From Botryllus schlosseri (taxonomy: Eukaryota), in assembly GCA_051294905.1 (NCBI GenBank), contig CM119372.1, forward strand, positions 40,426,001 through 40,490,000: DNA of 64,000 bases, written 5' to 3'. Below the pieces are notes generated by a model. It did not search any database, was not told where the DNA came from, and was given only the letters and a program-made list of their open reading frames with translations. Position numbers and translations under genes: made by a program. Of this stretch, positions 52,001 to 64,000 are shown one piece after another. How positions within the stretch are numbered: position 1 is the stretch's first letter; each line of letters begins with the position of its first letter.

Positions 52001-55000
52001 CAGAACCTGAACAAACCATCATTGGCCAGCTGAAAACACCGTATTTTAGGTCGGTTCTTGCGTAATGTTAAAAATCGAATCACGTTGCAGGCCAAAACTC
52101 ACATATTATTTCTCAAAATTATCTAGCAAGCTCGGCTACTAGGAAGCCTGCATATCAGATACGACTAATTGAAAAATCCGAGCGCACTCGGAGCATTTTT
52201 TAATGCGGACTCACCTTAACACAATCAGTATGTAAGATGATTGCATTACGGGCGCTTAAGTAGTTCGTGAGTCGTACGTACATTCGCTGGACACGGCGCA
52301 ATCTTCGGAAGCCAGCAATCGAACCAATCTTATCTACAGACCCTGAACAAACTATCATTGGCCAGCTGATAATACCGTCGGTTTAGGTCCGTTCCTGCGT
52401 AATGTGAAATATCGAATCACGATGCAGGCCAAAACTCACATATTATTTCTCAAAATTATCTAGCATGCTCGGCTCCTAGGAAGCCTGCTTATCAGGTACG
52501 ACAAATTGAGAAATCCGAGCGCACCAGGAGCATTTTGTATTGCGGACTCACCTTAACACAATCAATATGTAAGGTGATTGTATTACGGGCACTTGAGTAG
52601 TTCGTGAGTCGTATGTCCTTTTACTGGACACGGCGCAATCTTAGGAAGCCAGCAATCGAACCAATCTTATCTACAGACCCTGAACAAACCATCATTGGCC
52701 AGCTGATAACACCGTCTGTTTAGATCGGTTCTTGCGTAATGTGAAAAATCGAATCACGATGCAGGCCAAAACTCACATTTTATTTCTCAAAATTATCTAG
52801 CAAGCTCGGCTACTAGGAAGCCTGTTTATCAGATACGACTAATTGAAAAATCCGAGCGCACTCGGAGCATTTTGTAATGCGGACTCACCTTAACACAATC
52901 AATATGTAAGATGATTGTATTACGGGCGCTTAAGTAGTTTGTGAGTCGTATGTACATTTGCTGGACACGGCGCAATCTTCGGAAGCCAGCAATCGAACCA
53001 ATCTTATCTACAGACCCTGAACAAACTATCATTGGCCAGCTGATAATACCGTCTGTTTCGGTCCGTTCCTGCGTAATGTGAAATATCGAATCACGATGCA
53101 GGCCAAAACTCACATTTTATTTCTCAAAATTATCTAGCAAGCTCGGCTACTAGGAAGCCTGTTTATCAGATACGACTAATTGAAAAATCCGAGCGCCTTC
53201 GGAGCATTTTGTAATGCGGACTCACCTTAACACAATCAATATGTAAGATGATTGTATTACGGGCGCTTAAGTAGTTTGTGAGTCGTATGTACATTTGCTG
53301 GACACGGCGCAATCTTCGGAAGCCAGCAATCGAACCAATCTTATCTACAGACCCTGAACAAACTATCATTGGCCAGCTGATAATACCGTCTGTTTCGGTC
53401 CGTTTCTGCGTAATGTGAAATATCGAATCACGATGCAGGCCAAAACTCACATATAATTTCTCAAAATTATCTAGCATGCTCGGCTCCTAGGAAGCCTGCT
53501 TATCAGGTACGACAAATTGAAAAATCCGAGCGCACTCGGAGCATTTTGTAATGCGGACTCACCTTAACACAATCAATATGTAAGATGATTGTATTACGGG
53601 CGCTTGATTAGTTCGTGAGTCGTATGTACATTCGCTGGACACGGCGCAATCTTCGAAAGCCAGAAATCGATCCAATCTAATCTACAGAACCTGAACAAAC
53701 CATCATTGGCCAGCTGATGATACCGTCTGTTTAGATCGGTTCTTGCGTAATGTGAAAAATCTAATCACGATGCAGGCCAAAACTCACATATTATGTCTCG
53801 AAATTATCTAGCAAGCTCAGCCACTAGGAAGCCTGCTTATCAGATACGAATAATTGAAAAATCCGAGCGCACTCGGAGCATTTTGTAATGCGGACTCACC
53901 TTAACACAATCAATATGTAAGATGATTGTATTACGGGTGCTTAAGTAGTTCGTGAGTCGTATGTACATTCGCTGGACACGGCGCAATCTTCGGAAGCCAG
54001 CAATCGAACCAATCTTATCTACAGACCCTGAACAAACTATCATTGGCCAGCTGATAATACCGTCTGTTTAGTTCCGTTCCTGCGTAATGTGAAATATCGA
54101 ATCACGATGCAGGCCAAAACTCACATATTATTTCTCAAAATTATCTAGCAAGCTCGGCTACTAGGAAGCCTGCTTTTCAGATACGACTAATTGAAAAATC
54201 CGAGCGCACTCGGAGCATTTTGTAATGCGGACTCACCTTAAGACAATCAATATGTAAGGTGATTGTATTACGGGCGCTTGATCAGTTCTTGAGTCGTATG
54301 TCCTTTTACTGGACACGACGCAATCTTCGGAAGCCAGCAATCGAACCAATCTTATCTAGAGTCCGTGAACAAACCATCATTGGCCAGCTGATAATACCGT
54401 CTGTTTAGGTCCGTTCCTGCGTAATGTGAAATATCGAATCACGATGCAGGCCAAAACTCACATATTATTTCTCAAAATTATCTAGCAAGCTCGGCTACTA
54501 GGAAGCCTGCTTATCAAATACGAGTAATTGAAAAATCCGAGCGCACTCGGAACATTTTGTAATGCGGACTCACCTTAACACAATCAATATGTAGGATGAT
54601 TGTATTACGGGCGCTTAAGTAGTTCGTGAGTCGTATGTACATTCGCTGGACACGGCGCAATCTTCGGAAGCCAGCAATCGAACAAATCTTATCTACAGAC
54701 CCTGAACAAACTATCATTGGCCAGCTGATAATACCGTCTGTTTAGGTCCGTTCCTGCGTAATGTGAAATATCGAATCACGATGCAGGCCAAAACTCACAT
54801 ATTATTTCTCAAAATTATCTAGCATGCTCGGCTCCTAGGAAGCCTGCTTATCAGGTACGACAAATTGAAAAATCCGAGCGCACCAGGAGCATTTTGTAAT
54901 GCGGACTCACCTTAACACAATCAATATGTAAGATGATTGTATTACGGGCGCTTGATTAGTTCGTGAGTCGTATGTACATTCGCTGGACACGGCGCAATCT

Positions 55001-58000
55001 TCGAAAGCCAGAAATCGATCCAATCTAATCTACAGAACCTGAACAAATCATCATTGGCCAGCTGATAATACCGTCTGTTTAGATCGGTTCTTGCGTAATG
55101 TGAAAAATCGAATCACGATGCAGGCCAAAACTCACATATTATGTCTCAAAATTATCTAGCAAGCTCAGCCACTAGGAAGCCTGCTTATCAGATACGAATA
55201 ATTGAAAAATCCGAGCGCACTCGAAGCATTTTGTAATGCGGACTCACCTTAACACAATCAATATGTAAGATGATTGTATTACGGGCGCTTAAGTAGTTTG
55301 TGAGTCGTATGTACATTCGCTGGACACGGCGCAATCTTCGGAAGCCAGCAATCGAACCAATCTTATCTACAGACCCTGAACAAACTATCATTGGCCAGCT
55401 GATAATACCGTCTGTTTAGGTCCGTTCCTGCGTAATGTGAAATATCGAATCACGATGCAGGCCAAAACTCACATATAATTTCTCAAAATTATCTAGCATG
55501 CTCGGCTCCTAGGAAGCCTGCTTATCAGGTACGACAAATTGAAAAATCCGAGCGCACCAGGAGCATTTTGTAATGCGGACTCACTTTAACACAATCAATA
55601 TGTAAGGTGATTGTATTACGGGCGCTTAAGTAGTTCGTGAGTCGTATGTACACTCGCTGGACACGGCGCAATCTTCTAAAGCCAGCAATCGATCCAATCT
55701 TATCTACAGACCCTGAACAAACTATCATTGGCCAGCTGATAATACCGTCTGTTTAGGTCCGTTCTTGCGTAATGTGAAAAATCTAATCACGATGCAGGCC
55801 AAAACTCACATATTATTTCTCAATATTATCTAGCAAGCTCGGCTACTAGGAAGCCTGCTTATCAGATACGACTAATTGAAAAATCCGAGTGCACTCGGAG
55901 CATTTTGTAATGCGGACTCACCTTAACACAATCAATATGTAAGATGATTGTATTACGGGCGCTTAAGTAGTTTATGAGTCGTATGTACATTTGCTAGACA
56001 CGGCGCGATCTTCGGAAGCCAGCAATCGAACCAATCTTATCTAGAGTCCGTGAACAAACCTTCATTGGCCCGCTGATAATACCGTCTGTTTAGGTCAGTT
56101 CCTTCGTAATGTGAAATATCGAATCACGATGCAGGCCATAACTCACATATTATTTCTCAAAATTATCTAGCAAGCTCGGCTACTAGGAAGCCTGCTTATC
56201 AAATACGACTAATTGAAAAATCCGAGCGCACTCGGAGCATTTTGTAATGCGGACTCACCTTAACACAATCAATATGTAAGATGATTGCATTACGGGCGCT
56301 TAAGTAGTTCGTGAGTCGTATGTACATTCGCTGGACACGGCGCAATCTTCGAAAGCCAGCAATCGAACCAATCTTATCTACAGACCCTGAACAAACTATC
56401 ATTGGCCCGCTGATAATACCGTCTGTTTAGGTCCGTTCCTGCGTAATGTGAAATATCGAATCACGATGCAGGCCATAACTCACATATTATTTCTCAAAAT
56501 TATCTAGCATGCTCGGCTCCTAGGAAGCCTGCTTATCAGGTACGACAAATTGAAAAATCCGAGCGCACTCGGAGCATTTTGTAATGCGGACTCACCTTAA
56601 CACAATCAATATGTAAGATGATTGTATTACGGGCGCTTGATTAGTTCGTGAGTCGTATGTACATTCGCTGGACACGGCGCAATCTTCGAAAGCCAGAAAT
56701 CGATCCAATCTAATCTACAGAACCTGAACAAACCATCATTGGCCAGCTGATAATACCGTCTGTTTAGATCGGTTCTTGCGTAATGTGAAAAATCGAATCA
56801 CGATGCAGGCCAAAACTCACATATTATGTCTCAAAATTATCTAGCAAGCTCAGCCACTAGGAAGCCTGCTTATCAGATACGAATAATTGAAAAATCCGAG
56901 CGCACTCGAAGCATTTTGTAATGCGGACTCACCTTAACACAATCAATATGTAAGATGATTGTATTACGGGCGCTTAAGTAGTTTGTGAGTCGTATGTACA
57001 TTCGCTGGACACGGCGCAATCTTCGGAAGCCAGCAATCGAACCAATCTTATCTACAGACCCTGAACAAACTATCATTGGCCAGCTGATAATACCGTCTGT
57101 TTAGGTCCGTTCCTGCGTAATGTGAAATATCGAATCACGATGCAGGCCAAAACTCACATATAATTTCTCAAAATTATCTAGCATGCTCGGCTCCTAGGAA
57201 GCCTGCTTATCAGGTACGACAAATTGAAAAATCCGAGCGCACCAGGAGCATTTTGTAATGCGGACTCACTTTAACACAATCAATATGTAAGGTGATTGTA
57301 TTACGGGCGCTTAAGTAGTTCGTGAGTCGTATGTACACTCGCTGGACACGGCGCAATCTTCTAAAGCCAGCAATCGATCCAATCTTATCTACAGACCCTG
57401 AACAAACTATCATTGGCCAGCTGATAATACCGTCTGTTTAGGTCCGTTCTTGCGTAATGTGAAAAATCTAATCACGATGCAGGCCAAAACTCACATATTA
57501 TTTCTCAATATTATCTAGCAAGCTCGGCTACTAGGAAGCCTGCTTCTCAGATACGACTAATTGAAAAATCCGAGCGCACTCGGAGTATTTTGTAATGCGG
57601 ACTCACCTTAACACAATCAATATGTAAGATGATTGTATTACGGGCGCTTAAGTAGTTCGTGAGTCGTATGTCCTTTTACTGGACACGGCGCAATCGTCGT
57701 AAGCTAGCAATCGAACCAATCTTATCTACAGACCCTGAACAAGCCATCATTGGCCAGCTGATAATACCGTCTGTTTAGATCGGTTCTTGCGTAATGTGAA
57801 ATATCGAATCACGATGCAGGCCAAAACTCACATTTTATTTCTCAAAATTATCTAGCAAGCTCGGCTAATAGGAAGCCTGCTTATCAGATACGACTAATTG
57901 AAAAATCCGAGCGCACTCGGAGCATTTTGTAATGCGGACTCACCTTAACACAATCAATATGTCAAATGATTGTATTACGGGCGCTTAAGTAGTTTGTGAG

Positions 58001-61000
58001 TCGTATGTACATTTGCTGGACACGGCGCAATCTTCGGAAGCCAGCAATCGAACCAATCTTATCTAGAGTCCGTGAACAAACCTTCATTGGCCCGCTGATA
58101 ATACCGTCTGTTTAGGTCCGTTCCTGCGTAATGTGAAATATCGAATCACGATGCAGGCCATAACTCACATATTATGTCTCAAAATTATCTAGCAAGCTCA
58201 GCCACTAGGAAGCCTGTTTATCAGATACCAATAATTGAAAAATCCGAGAGCACTCGGAGCATTTTGTAATGCGGACTCACCTTAACACAATCAATATGTA
58301 AGATGATTATATTACGGGCGCTTAAGTAGTTCGTGAGTCGTATGTACATTCGCTGGACACGGCGCAATCTTCGGAAGCCAGCAATCGAACCAATCTTATC
58401 TACAGACCCTGAACAAACTATCATTGGCCAGCTGATAATACCGTCTGTTTAGTTCCGTTCCTGCGTAATGTGAAATATCGAATCACGATGCAGGCCAAAA
58501 CTCACATATTATTTCTCAAAATTATCTAGCAAGCTCGGCTACTAGGAAGCCTGCTTTTCAGATACGACTAATTGAAAAATCCGAGCGCACTCGGAGCATT
58601 TTGTAATGCGGACTCACTTTAAGACAATCAATATGTAAGGTGATTGTATTACGGGCGCTTGATTAGTTCTTGAGTCGTATGTCCTTTTACTGGACACGAC
58701 GCAATCTTCGGAAGCCAGCAATCGAACCAATCTTATCTACAGACCGTGAACAAACCATCATTGGCCAGCTGATAATACCGTCTGTTTAGATCGGTTCTTG
58801 CGTAATGTGAAATATCGAATCACGATGCAGGCCAAAACTCACATATTATTTCTCAAAATTATCTAGCAAGCTCGGCCACTAGGAAGCCTGCTTATCAGAT
58901 ACGAATAATTGAAAAATCCGAGCGCACTCGGAGCATTTTGTAATGCGGACTCACCTTAACACAATCAATATGTAAGATGATTGTATTACGGGCGCTTAAG
59001 TAGTTTGTGAGTCGTATGTACATTCGCTGGACACGGCGCAATCTTGGGAAGCCAGCAATCGAACCAATCTTATCTACAGACCCTTAACAAACTATCATTG
59101 GCCAGCTGATAATACCGTCTGTTTAGTTCCGTTCCTGCGTAATGTGAAATATCGAATCACGATGCAGGCCAAAACTCACAGATTATTTCTCAAAATTATC
59201 TAGCAAGCTCGGCTACTAGGAAGCCTGCTTATCAAATACGACTAATTGAAAAATCCGAGCGCACTCGGAGCATTTTGTAATGCGGACTCACCTTAACACA
59301 ATCAATATGTAAGATGATTGCATTACGGGCTCTTAAGTAGTTCGTGAGTCGTATGTACATTCGCTGGACACGGCGCAATCTTCGAAAGCCAGCAATCGAA
59401 CCAATCTTATCTACAGACCCTGAACAAACTATCATTGGCCAGCTGATAATACCGTCTGTTTCGGTCCGTTCCTGCGTAATGTGAAATATCGAATCACGAT
59501 GCAGGCCAAAACTCACATTTTATTTCTCAAAATTATTTAGCAAGCTCGGCTACTAGGAAGCCTGTTTATCAGATACGACTAACTGAAAAATCCGAGCGCA
59601 CTCGGAGCATTTTGTAATGCGGACTCACCTTAACACAATCAATATGTAAGATGATTGTATTACGGGCGCTTAAGTAGTTCGTGAGTCGTATGTACATTCG
59701 CTGGACACGGCGCAATCTTCGGAAGCCAGCAATCGAACCAATCTTATCTACAGACCCTGAACAAACTATCATTGGCCAGCTGAAAATACCGTCTGTTTAG
59801 TTCCGTTCCTGCGTAATGTGAAATATCGAATCACGATGCAGGCCAAAACTCACATATTATTTCTCAAAATTATCTAGCAAGCTCGGCTACTAGGAAGCCT
59901 GCTTTTCAGATACGAATAATTGAAAAATCCGAGCGCACTCGGAGCATTTTGTAATGCGGACTCACCTTAAGACAATCAATATGTAAGGTGATTGTATTAC
60001 GGGCGCTTGATTAGTTCTTGAGTCGTATGTCCTTTTACTGGACACGACGCAATCTTCGGAAGCCAGCAATCGAACCAATCTTATCTACAGACCGTGAACA
60101 AACCATCATTGGCCAGCTGATAATACCGTCTGTTTAGATCGGTTCTTGCGTAATGTGAAATATCGAATCACGATGCAGGCCAAAACTCACATATTATTTT
60201 TCAAAATTATCTAGCAAGCTCGGCTCCTAGGAAGCATGCTTATCAGGTACGACAAATTGAAAAATCCGAGGGCACCAGGAGCATTTTGTAATGCGGACTC
60301 GCCTTAAGACAATCAATATGTAAGGTGATTGTATTACGGGCGCTTAAGTAGTTCGTGAGTCGTATGTACATTCGCTGGACACGGCGCAATCTTCGAAAGC
60401 CAGCAATCGAACCAATCTTATCTACAGAACCTGAACAAACCATCATTGGCCAGCTGAAAACACCGTATTTTAGGTCGGTTCTTGCGTAATGTTAAAAATC
60501 GAATCACGTTGCAGGCCAAAACTCACATATTATTTCTCAAAATTATCTAGCAAGCTCGGCTACTAGGAAGCCTGCTTATCAGATACGACTAATTGAAAAA
60601 TCCGAGCGCACTCGGAGCATTTTGTAATGTGGACTCACCTTAACACAATCAATATGTAAGGTGATTGTATTACGGGCGCTTGATTAGTACTTGAGTCGTA
60701 TGTCCTTTTACTGGACACGGCGCAATCTTCGGAAGCCAGCAATCGAACCAATCTTATCTAGAGTCCGTGAACAAACCATCATTGGCCAGCTGATAATACC
60801 GTCTGTTTAGGTCCGTTCCTGCGTAATGTGAAATATCGAATCACGATGCAGGCCAAAACTCACATATTATTTCTCAAATTTATCTAGCAAGCTCGGCTAC
60901 TAGGAAGCCTGCTTATCAAATACGACTAATTCAAAAATCCGAGCGCACTCGGAGCATTTTGTAATGCGGACTCACCTTAACACAATCAATATGTAGGATG

Positions 61001-64000
61001 ATTGTATTACGGGCGCTTAAGTAGTTCGTGAGTCGTATGTACATTCGCTGGACACGGCGCAATCTTCGGAAGCCAGCAATCGAACAAATCTTATCTACAG
61101 AGCCTGAACAAACTATCATAGGCCAGCTGATAATACCGTCTGTTTAGGTCCGTTCCTGCGTAATGTGAAATATCGAATCACGATGCAGGCCAAAACTCAC
61201 ATATTATTTCTTAAAATTATCTAGCATGCTCGGCTCCTAGGAAGCCTGCTTATCAGGTACGACAAATTGAAAAATCCGAGCGCACCAGGAGCATTTTGTA
61301 ATGCGGACTCACCTTAACACAATCAATATGTAAGGTGTTGTATTACGGGCGCTTAAGTAGTTCGTGAGTCGTATGTACATTTGCTGGACACGGCGCAATC
61401 TTCGAAAGCCAGAAATCGATCCAATCTAATCTACAGAACCTGAACAAACCATCATTGGCCAGCTGATAATACCGTCTGTTTAGATCGGTTCTTGCGTAAT
61501 GTGAAAAATCGAATCACGATGCAGGCCAAAACTAACATTTTATTTCTCAAAATTATCTAGCAAGCTCGGCTACTAGGAAGCCTGCTTATCAGATACGACT
61601 AATTGAAAAATCCGAGTGCACTCGGAGCATTTTGTAATGCGGACTCACCTTAACACAATCAATATGTAAGATGATTGTATTACGGGCGCTTAAGTAGTTT
61701 GTGAGTCGTATGTACATTTGCTGGACACGGCGCAATCTTCGAAAGCCAGAAATCGATCCAATCTAATCTACAGAACCTGAACAAACCATCATTGGCCAGC
61801 TGATAATACCGTCTGTTTAGATCGGTTCTTGCGTAATGTGAAAAATCGAATCACGATGCAGGCCAAAACTCACATATTATGTCTCAAAATTATCTAGCAA
61901 GCTCAGCCACTAGGAAGCCTGTTTATCAGATACGAATAATTGAAAAATCCGAGCGCACTCGGAGCATTTTGTAATGCGGACTCACCTTAACACAATCAAT
62001 ATGTAAGATGATTGTATTACGGGCGCTTAAGTAGTTCGTGAGTCGTATGTACATTCGCTGGACACGGCGCAATCTTCGGAAGCCAGCAATCGAACCAATC
62101 TTATCTACAGACCCTGAACAAACTATCATTGGCCAGCTGATAATACCGTCTGTTTAGTTCCGTTCCTGCGTAATGTGAAATATCGAATCACGATGCAGGC
62201 CAAAACTCACATATTATTTCTCAAAATTATCTAGCAAGCTCGGCTACTAGGAAGCCTGCTTATCAAATACGACTAATTGAAAAATCCGAGCGCACTCGGA
62301 GCATTTTGTAATGCGGACTCACCTTAACACAATCAATATGTAAGATGATTGTATTACGGGCGCTTAAGTAGTTTGTGAGTCGTATGTACATTTGCTGGAC
62401 ACGGCGCAATCTTCGAAAGCCAGCAATCGAACCAATCTTATCTACAGACCCTGAACAAACCATCATTGGCCAGCTGATAATACCGTCTGTTTCGGTCCGT
62501 TCCTGCGTAATGTGAAATATCGAATCACGATGCAGGCCAAAACTCACATTTTATTTCTCAAAATTATCTAGCAAGCTCGGCTACAAGGAAGCCTGTTTAT
62601 CAGATACGACTAATTGAAAAATCCGAGCGCACTCGGAGCATTTTGTAATGCGGACTCACCTTAACACAATCAATATGTAAGATGATTGTATTACGGGCGC
62701 TTAAGTAGTTTGTGAGTCGTATGTACATTTGCTGGACACGGCGCAATCTTCGAAAGCCAGAAATCGATCCAATCTAATCTACAGAACCTGAACAAACCAT
62801 CATTGGCCAGCTGATAATACCGTCTGTTTAGATCGGTTCTTGCGTAATGTGAAAAATCGAATCACGATGCAGGCCAAAACTAACATTTTATTTCTCAAAA
62901 TTATCTAGCAAGCTCGGCTACTAGGAAGCCTGCTTATCAGATACGACTAATTGAAAAATCCGAGTGCACTCGGAGCATTTTGTAATGCGGACTCACCTTA
63001 ACACAATCAATATGTAAGATGATGGTATCACGGGCGCTTAAGTAGTTTGTGAGTCGTATGTACATTTGCTGGACACGGCGCAATCTTCGGAAGCCAGCAA
63101 TCGAACCAATCTTATCTACAGAACCTGAACAAACCATCATTGGCCAGCTGAAAACACCGTATTTTAGGTCGGTTCTTGCGTAATGTGAAATATCGAATCA
63201 CGATGCAGGCCAAAACTCACATATTATTTCTCAAAATTATCTAGCAAGCTCGGCCACTAGGAAGCCTGCTTATCAGATACGAATAATTGAAAAATCCGAG
63301 CGCACTCGGAACATTTTGTAATGCGGACTCACCTTAACACAATCAATATGTAAGATGATTGTATTACGGGCGCTTAAGTAGTTCGTGAGTCGTATGTACA
63401 TTCGCTGGACACGGCGCAATCTTCGGAAGCCAGCAATCGAACCAATCTTATCTACAGACCCTTAACAAACTATCATTGGCCAGCTGATAATACCGTCTGT
63501 TTAGTTCCGTTCCTGCGTAATGTGAAATATCGAATCACGATGCAGGCCAAAACTCACATATTATTTCTCAAATTTATCTAGCATGCTCGGCTCCTAGGAA
63601 GCCTGCTTATCAGGTACGACAAATTGAGAAATCCGAGCGCACCAGGAGCATTTTGTATTGCGGACTCACCTTAACACAATCAATATGTAAGGTGATTGTA
63701 TTACGGGCACTTGAGTAGTTCGTGAGTCGTATGTCCTTTTACTGGACACGGCGCAATCTTAGGAAGCCAGCAATCGAACCAATCTTATCTACAGACCCTG
63801 AACAAACCATCATTGGCCAGCTGATAACACCGTCTGTTTAGATCGGTTCTTGCGTAATGTGAAAAATCGAATCACGATGCAGGCCAAAACTCACATTTTA
63901 TTTCTCAAAATTATCTAGCAAGCTCGGCTACTAGGAAGCCTGTTTATCAGATACGACTAATTGAAAAATCCGAGCGCACTCGGAGCATTTTGTAATGCGG

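Larger units (their letters stand above)
5060..64000. repeat. 337-bp tandem satellite DNA array (about 150 monomers, continues past the window end)
   Basis: Near-identical monomers recur every 337 bp (ORF-track offsets of 337, 674, 1011, 1685). Length variants of 336, 339 and 340 bp. The first monomer (5060-5120) is degenerate. Confidence 0.99.

Noticed and set aside
7813..63140. Dozens of near-identical 60-103 aa ORFs (MIVCSGSVDKIGSIAGFRR...) suggesting a tandem gene family
   Set aside because: They are one reading frame of the satellite monomer. Many monomers have stops or lost starts, 337 is not a multiple of 3, and no domain is recognisable.
5060..64000. CRISPR-like array
   Set aside because: Whole monomers repeat with no unique spacers, there are no cas genes, and the context is eukaryotic (spliceosomal introns, LTR and hAT elements).

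Overview
Eukaryotic, probably invertebrate-animal, heterochromatin-type DNA with no intact host gene and nothing prokaryotic. Bases 1-5058 are a decayed, intron-containing P-element/THAP transposase on the minus strand, interrupted by a 1.3-kb non-autonomous LTR element. From about 5060 to the window end runs a 337-bp tandem satellite (roughly 150 monomers by length arithmetic) with locally changing higher-order periods. Four insertions interrupt it: a complete non-autonomous hAT, a truncated hAT-like composite, a 3.9-kb CACTG/EnSpm-type element with a spliced accessory-gene remnant, and a young 2-kb LTR element. The two most interesting signals are: (1) the young LTR element has no tRNA primer-binding site, but the 15 nt next to its 5' LTR are perfectly complementary to a segment of its own LTR, which suggests Tf1-like self-priming; (2) the satellite monomer carries a CENP-B-box-like 17-mer that occurs in box-plus and box-minus monomer classes. 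The many repeated 60-103 aa ORFs are by-products of the satellite. All alignments were done by eye and family assignments rest on remembered motifs, not database searches.
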